Shown here in pieces: positions 1 through 12,390 of a DNA stretch of 64,000 bases. A program made the translations under genes and the position numbers. Source of the DNA: Glaucostegus cemiculus (taxonomy: Eukaryota); contig CDPCPM010000421.1 of NCBI GenBank assembly GCA_976551045.1, positions 744,001 to 808,000 of the forward strand, written 5' to 3'. The first letter of the stretch is position 1, and each line of letters starts with the position of its first letter. The notes beneath the pieces were generated by a model that was not told the DNA's origin, did not search any database, and saw nothing but the letters and a program-made list of their open reading frames with translations.

Positions 1-1703
1 GCTGTGAGGCAGTGGCTCTAACTACTGCACCATTGTGCCACCTCCAGTTGCAAAAGGTTTCTGTGGTCTTTGAAAACTGTGGTGAAGGTTTTGCCAGGTT
101 TGCAGTGATATTGCAGCTACACACACCATCATCAGGAGAACGGAGACAATATCCTCCGCTTTCTACAACGAGAAAACAGTGTAAAAGTACACAGGTGGCC
201 CAGTGGACCTGTACACATGGACTCATGCTAGACTGGGGTTGTGTTGTAGCCCACTACAGCTGAGAGTGTTGTTAACCAACTACACTGAAAGGGCTGGAGG
301 AAAAGCATTTAGCAGTGAAACCAAGTTATTTTGCCGCTTTCACATTAGTGCCCACTTCATGTTGATGCAGAGCAACTGTCCTGAGGGATGCCTGATAGTT
401 GAGATTAAAATGACCATTAATATGGGAAAAATAATGCGTTTATCAGCAGAGGTTTCATCCACACACTGTTCTAGTCAGCTAGAAAGTGACATGAAAGGAA
501 TAGAATTGCTGACAGCTGGATCAATGTGATATTTGAGAATGTCTCATGGTCTTAGTTTAATTTTCTCTCTCATGGACAGATCAACACATGAAAGAAAGAT
601 CCAAGCCTGTGGTGACAGGCTCCTTCCTGCTGTGGAAAGAATCAATACTTCTTGCCTCCGTCACCACCTTGAGGGTATTGGCTGCAGTCAGGGGGAGGAG
701 AATTCAGGAGGGGAAGAAGCACCAGTGAAACACTCCCCGAGTACCGCTGTAAAGGGACGGTCAGGACTCTGGCTGCTGAGAAATCAGAGACAAGAGGCAA
801 ACGTCCCAGTCTGACAGAGCAGCTGCTCCTCGTCTGATGACAAAGATGACAGCACCCCTGGCAACAGAAACCAGCAAACCGAGAGGGAAAGGAAGGGGAT
901 TGAAAAGATGCCTGGGCCAGTGACCTTGAAGGGAAGCAAAGAGCCCAGAGCTCCAGCTCCAGGGATCTGCGAGCAGTGATCTCCTCCAGGTCCCAGCTCT
1001 GGGAATTTGGGAGCAGTGGTTTTCTCTGCATCCCAAGCTCTGGGAATCTGGGAGCTTTCCTCCACACCCCACTCCGGGAACCCAGTAACAATGTTCCTCT
1101 CCTCATCCCAGCCCTGGGAACCCGAGAGCCTCTGCATCCCAGTTTCTGGAGGCCAGGAGCTGGGCAAAGGGTAATGTACCTCCATTCCAGGAATCTGGGA
1201 GCCTCAACCTTGAAGGTGAGGGTCAGAGGGAGGAGAAAACACAGACCAAGAATCAAGCAGTTACCCTTCAACAATGTCCCCTGCTGTATCGCAGCAGAGC
1301 TCAGGCCCCTGGGGAGGTCAGGAGCCATGTCTGAGCTGATGCACGGGTGGCAGTTGTGGGCATGCTGGGACAGAAAAACTGACCTAAGACAATGTGTTGT
1401 ATCTCAGTGCTGGGTTACCTCACCAAGGTCAATGCTGACCTGTTTTTTTTACTGCATCTCAGCAGCAATAGATAGTGGTCACGGTGGTGATCTGATCAGG
1501 GAACAATGCTGCTTCTGCAGACCGGGTGTCATGCTGTAGAGAGGAAACATTATCATCACTGAGGTCAAAGAGATGGTTGGTAGCTGACAGAGTGTACAAG
1601 TACTCTCCGCTCTGGCTGATCACCGCGTGTGCCCTGGTTTGAAGAACAAACATCGGGTTGACATCTAGCAGCTGCCTACACTGCGGGCAACATCTGGTCA
1701 GTA

Positions 1704-1815
1704 GTTTTTTATTTTTTTTATTTTATTCTTTTACAGCGTGATAACAGGCCCTTTTGGCCCAACGAGTCTGCGCCGCCCATTTTCAACCCCCAAATTAACC
1801 TACCCGTACATCTTG
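1704..1815 (-). mobile_element. 3' end of a SINE/CR1-tailed retroposon with A-rich tail
   Basis: T-rich tail followed by ACAGGCCCTTTTGGCCCAACGAGTCTGCGCCG...AATTAACCTACCCGTACATCTT, the same tail motif as other SINE copies in the window. Confidence 0.55.
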
Positions 1816-1928
1816 TATTTGAAACTGGTGACTCCAGCAAACATTGAAGAACTTAAAAGGAATGATGCAGGAAACATCTCTTTGATTCCCTGAATCATAG
1901 GTGGGAAGTGATTAAGGTGAGTCTTAGT

Positions 1929-2083
1929 NNNNNNNNNNNNNNNNNNNNNNNNNNNNNNNNNNNNNNNNNNNNNNNNNNNNNNNNNNNNNNNNNNNNNNNN
2001 NNNNNNNNNNNNNNNNNNNNNNNNNNNNNNNNNNNNNNNNNNNNNNNNNNNNNNNNNNNNNNNNNNNNNNNNNNNNNNNNNNN
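1929..2083. other. Assembly gap (155 N)
   Basis: Run of N. Confidence 0.99.
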
Positions 2084-2244
2084 CAACTCCAGAACAGCAT
2101 GCAAGATCTGCTCCTGCAGTAGTTGACGGGTGGATAGTGAGGAGAAGCTCTAAGCAAGTTTCAGTCTCTGTTTTGGAGTGCTCCAGTATCACCTTCTGAT
2201 CCAGAGATTGTGGAGAGGAGGAGACGTGCTCACGCTTCTTCCAG

Positions 2245-2382
2245 ATCACAGAAACCAGCCTCCTCTCTATGGACTCTGTCTATGCTTCTTGCTGCCTCGG
2301 TAAAGCAGCCAACATAATCAAAAACCCTACCTACTCTGAACACTCTCTCTTCTCCCCCCTCCTATCAGGTGGAAGATACAAA
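2245..2382 (+). repeat. 138-bp direct duplicate of 2632-2769
   Basis: Identical except one substitution (GCTGCCTCGG vs GCTGTCTCGG). Confidence 0.9.
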
Positions 2383-2499
2383 CGCCATTACGCACTGAGT
2401 GGCTGGAAGCTGTGGGAAAGCCCCTTGGACTCAGCGCTCACAGAATGCACATCAAAGAACATTTAATGTCAGGCAGTTAGATGTAATGTAAATCTTAGA

Positions 2500-3080
2500 A
2501 GTGGAGTGCTCTGTCTTGTACAATGAATTGCAACATGATAATGCACTAGCTGGATGCATCACAGCTTGTCATGACAACTGCATGCCTGTGACCGCAAGAA
2601 ACTGCAGAGAGTTGTGGACACAGCTCAGCACATCACAGAAACCAGCCTCCTCTCTATGGACTCTGTCTATGCTTCTTGCTGTCTCGGTAAAGCAGCCAAC
2701 ATAATCAAAAACCCTACCTACTCTGAACACTCTCTCTTCTCCCCCCTCCTATCAGGTGGAAGATACAAATGCCTGGAAGCACATACCAGCAGACTCAAAG
2801 ACAGCTTTTATCCCACTGTTATAAGACTATTGAATGGTCCCCTAGTATAATAAGATAGAATCTTAACCTCACAACCTACCTTGTTATGGCCTTGCACCTA
2901 ATTGTCTGCAAGCACTGCACTTTCTCTGTAACTGTAATATCTTATTTTGCATTCTGTTATTGTTTTCCCTTTACAACCTCAGTGCACTGTTGTAACAAAA
3001 TGATCTCTATGCATGGTATGCAAGACAAGTTTTTCACTGTACCTTGGTACAGGTGACAATACTAAACTAATTTACCAATG
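2500..3080 (+). mobile_element. Rex1/Babar-like LINE 3' fragment
   Basis: Decayed RT C-terminus (LAGCITA...; DTAQHITETSLLSMDSVYASCCLGKAANIIKNPTYSEHSLFSPLLSGGRYKCLEAHTSRLKDSFYPTVIRLLN) followed by 3' UTR-like sequence. Confidence 0.75.
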
Positions 3081-4689
3081 TATTATTTGAAGGTATTATG
3101 AATAAAGTATATTTTTGGGGAAAGAAAGAAAGTGTACATGCTTAAAGTCTCTGGGGCGGGGCTGAACTCACAACCTAAAAGCTGAGGGGGACATCAGTGA
3201 GCCAAAAGCAGTATCACAAGGGAACCTGGAACCAATATAAAATACTGGGGGAAATAGTCAATGAAATGGACTGTGAATTGCAGACTCTGAATGGCTTAAA
3301 TTCTTGTCCAACAATTCTGCTAATGAAACAAAGGGGATATTGTTCAACTAAACAAGGTGATATTTCCCAGAAAATTAAGCTTTGAGTTCTTACTCAACCT
3401 CCAGACAGGCTTTAATCTGGAATTCCTTTAAGGGGAATGGGAGTAGGTTTGTGACCTCAGGATGGGACTGGACCTTTTACAAAAGGTGTAGCTGTGGAGT
3501 TAATTGAGGATTTTTTTTCACTAGACTTCGCTCTGCTTTGGTGCATTGAATTTGCTCTCCCTGAAATAGCTTATTGTCTGGCCTCTATCCAAGACCAGCA
3601 GTCACAATAAAAGGGTACCTCTAACATGCTGGTAACTTCACAATCATTGCTGCATCACATTATATTTCACACAGCACTCAATCTCTTTCCATACTTCAAA
3701 TGCCAATCCTGTTAAAATATTTATCTGGCTTTTAAAAATAATTAATTGACATGGTAACAAATACAACATCAGGGGACTGAATCACTGTGATTGACATGCA
3801 TACCTGGCCACTAGATCTTTCACCAAACACCTAGATTATACACACACCAATAGCACTTTTGGTTGCCATGCACTGACACAATGGGCTGAATGGCCTGATC
3901 TGATCCATGGGAACAGGATGAAAGTTGGCCCGTGTTAAAAGCATGTGATGAAAAGGACACATGAATGGTGAAAAGCCATTCAAGTTACTGGATCACAATC
4001 TATACTATTAGCACAAATTTTAACAACCTCAAAAGAAATGCTTTGTAAAGTTCTCCCTGCATCTCTGAAAATGTAAATCAAATGCAACTTTAGTGCAGAG
4101 AAGTTCATGCCTGCCTTTGCGAGTCCTAACATTTCCATGAATCAAGAGCTCAAAGGCTCTCTCTGTTCATGGGCCACTTGACCATCTCCGTTCAACCAAC
4201 TTCTGTCTCAGTTTTCTTATTAACCATTATCATCAACCAAGTGGGAACTTGCCAGAGTAATGCTCCACTGTGGTAACCAGGTGGTAATGTTAGAATGACA
4301 CACAGCTCTCTTCCTTAACACTTTTTCATGAAGAGGCAAAAAAACAGTTAAAGGTGTGGCAGGCTGCTCGGATTGAGGTGAGGGGGCTGTGGGGTGAGAG
4401 GGAAGGCTTTCCATTTATGCTTGGCTTCTCCCCATTTGATGCATAAAACATTAACAAAACATAAGGGGACATTATACAGTGGCAAAGTGGAAAATATCTC
4501 CCCTTAACACTAAAGCTGGGATTTAAACTATTCTTTTATTTCCATTTCATAAATAGACGGCAAGTTACTTCTAATTTTATAGTTTGCATTATATCTTATA
4601 AATAATAATTAGTTTAAGAAAACTGAAGACAGAAGATATATTTAGGTTAATCATAACGTTTACCTGTTTGAGTTTAAACCAATGTACTA

Positions 4690-5290
4690 ACAGCTCCATC
4701 TATTAGTTCTGCAGTCCAGGCACTGACCATTTCCCTCCCTAACATCTTCTTGAGTAGAACTTCTGTCCTATTTGACTCAAAGCTGAGCAACTCGTCTTTT
4801 CCAGGAAACATAACATTGACTCCACCTACCTGGCACAGAAACCCAACCAATACCTTTATCTACACCCCCCACCCCAGTACCAACTATTCCACTGGCCATT
4901 GCCCTGTCATCTGCTGCCAAATGTATCATCAGCACATCCAAAACTCTGTTGTTGATCTAATTCACACTGATACACACTTTCTAATTCCTCTGGCTTTGTT
5001 GACCTATAGTGCATTTAGCCACCACAATGCCTTAAATGTTATATTCCCTAATTTACGTTTAAAACCTTTCAAGGTCTTATTCCTTCACATCTTCATAACT
5101 TTGTATAAAGTGACAACTCTCTGCTCATCTAATTTCAGCCTTTTTGAACATCTTCTCACACCTATGCTCTATTTAGACCCCTCATTTATTTGCAAAACTC
5201 CTTTGATATTCTATGCCTTCCTCTCCCCATTTACAGCCTCACTAGAACCTATCTAAAAGTTCATGCACTACCTCAATGCCAAATGTATTT
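4690..5290 (+). mobile_element. Old L2-like LINE fragment
   Basis: C/T-rich decayed sequence resembling the 3' part of L2 ORF2; no intact ORF. Confidence 0.4.
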
Positions 5291-5329
5291 TTACTCGAAT
5301 GAGACATACAGAAGAATTAAAGGGTTTGG

Positions 5330-5541
5330 AAGAAAAGATTTTCTACCCAGAGGGTGGCTGGAATTTGGAAAGCATTGCCGAAGTTGGTGGAGACAAGTAT
5401 TTTCACAACATTTAAGAAGTATCTGGAGAAGCATGTGAATCACAAAGGAATTGAAGGTAATGGACCAAGTGCCTGTAACTGGGATTAGTATAGAAGGGTG
5501 CACAATGGTTGATATGAACATGATGGACTGAAGGGCCTGTT
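5330..5541 (+). mobile_element. CR1-like LINE 3' end (continues at 6181-6202)
   Basis: TTTTCTACCCAGAGGGTGG...ACATTTAAGAAGTATCTGGA...GGACTGAAGGGCCTGTT, resuming TTTCTGTGCTGTATGTCTCTA after a nested insert. Confidence 0.7.
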
Positions 5542-6180
5542 ATTATGAAATCCTTCTATTATGAAAACTTTTTATAGAGGGACCATTTGAGAGTATCCTG
5601 ACACACTGCATCACCATCTGGTATGGGAGCTGCTCAGCTGCTGGGCAGAAGTCCCTGCAGAGGATAGTGAGAACAGCAGAGAAAATCATAGGTGACTCTC
5701 TACCCTCTATTGAAGATATATATATATGGACCATTGTGTCAGATAGGCCACAAACATAATGTCAGACCCTTCTCACCCCTCCTACCACCTCTTTACACTC
5801 TTGCCATCCGGAAGAAGGCTCCAGTGCATTCGGGCAAGGACTAACAGACTGTGCAATAGCTTTTTCCCACAAGCTATCAGAACCATGAACTCCCTCATCC
5901 CTCCACCCCTCCCGCCAACACCAATGGATGCTAGGTGTACAAAAATGCACCAGCACTTTAAATGTCTGATGACTGCTGCCTCAGTATGCTCACTTTAAGA
6001 TTGTTTATTCGAGTCGCTATTTAATTTTGTGGTTCCAATGTTGTTAATGCCTTTCTGTCTTTGTGTCTCTCATTGTTTTTTTTAATGTGACGAGCACCTT
6101 GATCTGAGGAGTACGGTATTTCGCTCCTATTGATGATGAATGTGTATATGGAAGTGACAATAAAACTGATTCTGATTCTG
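5542..6180 (+). mobile_element. Rex1/Babar-like LINE 3' fragment nested in CR1
   Basis: ESILTHCITIWYGSCSAAGQKSLQRIVRTAEKIIG...DPSHPSYHLFTLLPSGRRLQCIRARTNRLCNSFFPQAIRTMN; ends with AATAAAA and a (CTGATT)n tail. Confidence 0.78.
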
Positions 6181-6269
6181 TTTCTGTGCTGTATGTCTCT
6201 AATATGATGCTTTGCATATAATGATGCAATGATGCAATGAACTGATACTTATCATTATTGAGGCACAAT

Positions 6270-6622
6270 AGAGGGATACAGTATGGAAACAAGTCCTTCG
6301 GCACATCGAGTCCATGCCAAATGTAAGCCACCTATTTGCACTTTTCCTATATTAATCCCATTCTTTCATTGTCCCCACATTCTTGTCAGCTCCCGCCACA
6401 TTCTACAACTCATCTACATACAAGTGGCAAATTACAGTGGCCAATTAACCGACCAACCCACATGTCTTTGGGATGTGGGAGGAAACAGGAGTACCCAGAG
6501 GAAACCCACTCAGTCACGGGGAGAACATGCAAACTCCACGCAGACAGCACCCAAGTTCAGGACTGAACCCAGGTCTCTGGTGCTATGAGTCAGTGACTCT
6601 AGTAGCTGCACCACTGTGCTAT
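6270..6622 (-). mobile_element. V-SINE (HE1-like) tRNA-derived SINE
   Basis: Minus strand has a tRNA-like head (CAGTGGTGCAGC...GGGTTCAGTCCTG), the V-domain GGAGTTTGCATGTTCTCCCCGTGACTG...TTTCCTCCCACATCCCAAAGACATG and a CR1-like tail. Confidence 0.8.
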
Positions 6623-8629
6623 AGCCATGTGTTATACATTTCAAGTTTAATTGGAAATTACAGACTCAATGTGCACTTTTATTTACCAGTATGTACTGAT
6701 CAACCTGAGGAGACTGCTGGTAATTTTCATGATTAATTGGTTGGAATGGAGCCATACCTGTACGGAGCCACAACATCATTTGTAGCAATTCCCCATTCAA
6801 GGACAGTCTGTACCATGGTTCACCAATGGATCTTGTGGTGAGTCAGTAATCCATTCCTGACCCACAGATTCATCAGCATGGAGATGATTCCATGCAAGAG
6901 AGTTGCATACTAGCCCTTCTGAATTATTTAGCCAGGCAATGTTGAGTTATCAGATGCTGCTATGCTCTCTTAGTACTTCCCTTCAAAGCAGCAGGCTTCA
7001 GCTTTGAGATCAGTTGGTTGCCAGTTCACAATATTTTCTTCAGATATGTCTTTGTAGCAATTTTTTTTGAACACCACAGGATTTCTGGCATGCCTGGTAT
7101 GAGCCACACATTTTGCGATATACATCTAATATTGGGAGCAGCAGAACACAGCTTGGAGTGGGAATCGACTGCGTTGTGTACCACCTACTTACTTACACCC
7201 TGGAGCCAGGAGAGAGCCTTATGCCTACAGGCTTTCATTGTGATATCCAAGGTAACTTTGAACTGCTGCTAAGTATAAAAGTCTTACAAGCCATGTTTAG
7301 CTTTTATTCTTTAGCTTAATTAAGATTAATCTATAACAACTGGAAGCAACTGGGAAACTTCACCCTCACTAACAAATCTGGTGGAAATACACCTTTAATA
7401 TTGGGTTGAATTTAGCATGGTGCAGAATGAATTGGAGCCATTAAAATGTGAAACTGGGAGAGATAATTATTGAAATGTTATGATGCTTAATTGAGTGCTA
7501 CATAATGAATTGCACAAAGCACAATTGCATGAGTGAATCAGTTGTACAACATCTGAAAAACTAGTCCCTACTGTGGCAAGTTGTTATTAATAGCTATTAA
7601 CCAAGACCATTATTTACATTACATTGTAACCACATCTCATCTTGTCAACTATTTAGATTTTATTTTTAAAAGTGGATATTGGAGACAAAGCCTAACAATA
7701 AACTATCTTCATATGTTAAATTTGTAATTGATTGGGAATCATGCTTGGAGCTCTGATGGAGTAATAATTGTGATCTATTCTGCCCAATGAACCTACTAAG
7801 ACTGCTTCTATTATCACCAACAAATTACCATCAAAGACTTCTTTCAACAAAAAGATTCGAGGTTGGATCATACGTGACCTGGCCCACACCTCACATTCAC
7901 TGCCTGTGTGACTCCCACACTGACACTCACCTTTCATTGCCCTGCAGATTGGAGGCTTTGCCACAGCAGCCACCCCAGGGAGTGGAGCAGCATGGTTGGA
8001 GCAGCAGCTCGGCCTCAGGTGGCTGAAACCCAGGCCTAGTCCCAGATCCCCTAATGGTCTTTGAACAGCATAGGTTGTGAAAGGCCTTTACACTTATCTC
8101 CAAGTGTCCCTGATATTGTGTGAGAGCCACCAGGCATGGACTGTGTAAAGCCATAGGGCAGACATGAAGCAAATCCAGCTCACTGACTGAGCCTGACTGA
8201 GTGCTGGTATCTGACCAGAACACATTTTGTATTGTTGTGCTGTAATGCATCCGTATGGAAGTCAGGAATGCACTGGTCATAGCAACACAACAAATGATGA
8301 GATTGGAGCAAGAGTAGGCATTCAGCCCCCAGCCCTGCTTCACCATGCAATAAGGTGGTTTATCTATTACCTCAGTACCATTTTCTGCATTCATTCCTCA
8401 GTACCATTTTCTGCATTCATTCTCATAAATTCCAAAAATCCACAATCTTGATTAAAACTCAGCAACTGAGCTTCTACAGCCCCCTTAGATTCACTATCCT
8501 CCGAGTGAAGAGATTTCCTTTTACCTCATTCTCAAAAGGCTAATCTCTTATTCTGAGACTCCACCCCCAGCCAGGGAAACCATCTCCCCTGTGTTGATAC
8601 TGTGCATCTTTCAGTGAGCTCACCCGTCT

Positions 8630-8925
8630 AGAGTCAGAGACACAGAGCACAGAATCAGGCCCTTCAACCCACAAAATCCACCGACCATTAAGCACCCATT
8701 TACACTGTTCCCATTTCAATCACTCCACATTCTCATCAGATTCTACCACTCAACTATACACTAGAGGATACTTGCAGAGGCCAATTAAGCGACCAGCTGG
8801 AACATCTTTGGGTTACAGGAGAGAATTGGAGCATTGCATAGGCAGTCGCAGGGAGAACATGCAAACTCTTCGCAGACAACAGTAGATGTCAGGAAAGAAA
8901 CCTGGTGAGGCAGCAGCTCTGTTAC
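8630..8925 (-). mobile_element. V-SINE (HE1-like) copy
   Basis: Shares GGGAGAACATGCAAACTC and CCAATTAA motifs with the copy at 6270-6622. Confidence 0.72.
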
Positions 8926-9375
8926 AATCATGGAGTCAGAGCATGGACACAGGCTATTCAGACCACCCCATCCACGCCAACCGTACATTCCCATCTGTAT
9001 TAGTGTTGTCTTCCAGCACTAGGTTCATAGCCTTCAATGCCTAAGTGATCTCAGTGCTCATCTAGACACTTCCTAAATGCTGTCAGCAACTCTGCTTCCA
9101 TCACTCTCTCTGGCAGTGCATTCCAGGTACTCAGCGCTCTCTGGGTGAAAAAAAGCCTCCCTCAGATAGCTCTTCCACCATGCTACTGTGCCACCATTTT
9201 CTAAACCCAAGAGTGTTTAGGCCCAGTCTGTGTAGTACAATCTCCCTCATCACAGGCGTCAATCTGGTAAACCTTCACTGCACTTCCTCTATCACAAGTA
9301 TATCCTTCTTTGGTAGGGTTATAGACCTGCACACAGTGTTCCTGGTTCAGTCACATCAAGGCCCTTTGGAAGAGC
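8926..9375 (-). mobile_element. CR1-like LINE 3' fragment
   Basis: GGCAGTGCATTCCAGGTACTCAGCGCTCTCTGGGTGAAAAAA...CTGGTAAACCTTCACTGCAC, typical reverse-strand CR1 3' sequence. Confidence 0.65.
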
Positions 9376-10359
9376 AATAAATATTAGCTGAAGAGGAACA
9401 TGTTCCAAAAGAAAAAATACACTATGCCATGCTAACCGTGTGAAGCAATGAACTCTTAGGCAGCAAAAAGGATGTAAAAGGACTAACTTTAAAGAATTTT
9501 TTAAAAATTGCAGTATAAAAACTGGGACATACACATGGGATTAAAGTAAAGCTGAAGGATAAGAAAACGAAACAAAATTATTCTTATTTTAAACAAAAAA
9601 GCAATTTTGAAATAATTATTCTGAGGGAATTAAATTCCACTTTTTTTTCAGGACCAGTGAGATCATTCAACTTAATAGCTATTTTTGGTTACATCTCTTT
9701 CCATAAGGTTACATCTCTTTACAATAAGACATATTCATTTACAATCCTGTGCCTTCTATCCAAGTAATTTAGTCCTGATATATAAAGTAGTAAAGAAATA
9801 TGTAACTGAAAGGATCACAGTCAGGGTGAGGGTTTAACGTTAATCACCTCAGTCTGTGGTTTAGTTTCATTAATTTATTAAATGTGTTTGTCTTGGCATC
9901 AGGAGAAGAAATGAAGACATTTCTTGGATCCTTCAATTCAATGGATTCATTAATGATCTAAGGATGAATTTAATTTATTTTTGTTAATGTTTGAATATCT
10001 TTGTTGCAGACAGGGGTTCAGTAAAACAATTGTACTGAGGGAAGGCACAATCAGAAACATTTATCCAACAGATAAAGGAGTCCCTGATACCTTCATGGTA
10101 TTTGTTATATTTTTAATGCAGATATACAGAACACAACCACAACTAGTAACAACAAACACACAGTGGGTGTGATGTCAGAGAGAGAGGAATTATCAGACCA
10201 GCAATGTCATGGTCCCACCCACTTCAGGACACTGCACATGTATAACATGCACGTTTATCATGCCCTTTCAAAAGCAGTCAACTTCAAATTTAGTGCACAT
10301 CCCTTTGATGAAAGTTACATTACTTGGAATAAACACTGACAGTAACCAACTTTTCTGAC

Positions 10360-11884
10360 TGAATGGAAATGACTGAAGCTGCTTTCTCAAAGCACTGCAG
10401 CCATTGTGGCAAAGCTGCTCCTATAGTGCTGTTGTGCAGGGACTTCTAGGATTTAGGTCAGTGATGACGATAGAACAATATATTTCCAAGTTAACATGAT
10501 GTTCAGCTTGAGGGTTTGCAGCTGACAGGGTTCACATACAGCTGGTGCCCTTGTATTTCTAAGCAATGGAGATTACGGGTTTACGAGGTGTTGAAAAGAA
10601 GTCTTGATGTGCGCCTGTCATGCATTTTGTAGCAGATAAATACAGCATCCATGGTGTGCTGGTGACAGAGGGTACATCTGGTAAATATTTAGAGTGATGA
10701 AGAAGTGTAATTGTGAGCAGGCTGCTCTGTCCTGCATGGGGTCAAGATGACTGAATGGTAGAAATGCACTCATGAAGCAGGGGGAGAATATTGCATCACA
10801 CCCCCACTCGTGCTGTGTGGATGGCAGAAAACTTTTGAGGCTGTGGTGGGATGAGGTACTGGGTGTGGGTATAAAGGTTCAGTCACTTGCTGCAGGACAC
10901 CCAGCACAACTGTGTCCTGCTCTTGTTTAACACCCTGTTCCTTCAGTTACACCAGTGACCCAAGTTACAGCAGTTTGCATAACAGAAATTCATCCTTACA
11001 CAATTCACAACCAAAGACATCTGAGATACAGAATAAAGATTTGCCATCATGAAATTTATGTGAAAAAAATAAAATTTATTTTTGTTTCAACTTGTGTTTC
11101 TTGAAGCATGCATAGATAATGTCGCTTTGCATTGTGAAAAATAGTGATACAGATAGTTTTCTAGGAACTTCACCCACCACCCCAAAAACACAGGGTTCAC
11201 CTGTATTTCTGTTGCTTTTTCAATGTTTATCACCACTAAGGTACATTGCACCTGATGGCTGGCACAGTTACATTTTTGGCCAATGGGAATTCTTCAGGAT
11301 GTTGATGTTGGGGACCCAGCGCTGATAATGTCATTGAATGACAAGGGTAGGTGGTTAGAGTGTTTTTTTTGAAGATGGTCATGGTCTGGCATTTATTTGG
11401 CTCAAGCATTACCTACTGTTTAGCTATCTATCCCTACAGGTCAACTAGGTCTTGCTGCACGCAGGCATGGACTGCTTTGTTATCTCAGTTGTGAATGGAC
11501 TTGAATGTTGTGCAATAGTCTTTAGTGATGGTGCCCACATCAGACTTATGAAAAAAGGAAGGCCATTAATGAAGCAGCTAGAAGTGTTTAGCCCTACGAG
11601 ATGCTCTTGAGGAACTGGGGCTGAGATCGTTGACCTCTAACAACCATAACCTTTGTGCTAAATATGACTCCAGCCAGTAGAGAGTTTTACCCCAATTTCC
11701 ATTGACTTCAGCTTTACCAGGACTCCTTGATACCATACCTGATCGAATCCAGTCTGGATGTCAAAGGCTGTAAATCTCACCTCAGGAAAACAAGTCTTTT
11801 GTTCATGTTTCGATCAGGTATGTAATGAGATCTGAAGCTGGATCATTCTAGCAAAATACAAACTGAACATCGATAAGCAGGTTA
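10360..11884 (-). mobile_element. Decayed LINE RT fragments (CR1/L2 group)
   Basis: Two blocks (about 10360-10920 and 11250-11884) resembling reverse-strand RT sequence, e.g. CTCCTTGATACCATAC..TCGAAT....CTGGATGTCAAAGGC. Confidence 0.45.
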
Positions 11885-12390
11885 ACAGAACAACACAGGA
11901 ACAGACCCTTTGGCCCACCATGGCTGTTCTGACAATAATGTCAATCTAACTCATTCACCTGTATGCACATGGTCCCTGTCCCTCTATTCCTTGCCTGTCT
12001 GTGTGCCTGTCTAAGTACATCTTAAACATTGCTATTGTTTCTGCTTCTCCCACCTCCCTGACAGCACGTTGTAGGCACTACCATTCTGTGTAAAAAAATT
12101 TGCCTTGCACATCTCCTTTAAACTTTCCCCCCTCTCGCCTTAAACCTATAATATTTGGCATTTCCACCCAACGAAAAAGACTGACTACCTACCCTATCTA
12201 TGCCTCTCATAATTAAAAAAAATATGTTCTTCAACCAGGTTACCCCTCGGCCTCCAATGTTCCAAGGAAAACAATTGAAGTTTGTCCAACGTCTCCTTAT
12301 AGCTAATACTCTCCAATCCAGGAAACATCCTGGTGAACCTCATTCTTGCCCTCTCCAAGGCCTCCGGATCCTTCCTGTAATGCAGCAACA
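11885..12390 (-). mobile_element. CR1-like LINE 3' fragment
   Basis: Translates HYRKDPEALERARMRFTRMFPGLESISYKETLDKLQLFSLEHWRPRGNLVE (CR1 ORF2 C-terminus), plus a 3' tail. Confidence 0.82.

Noticed and set aside
8370-8421. 26-bp tandem duplication; similar short duplications at 9687-9720 and 54094-54128
   Set aside because: Ordinary two-copy slippage duplications with no spacer structure; not a CRISPR-like array.
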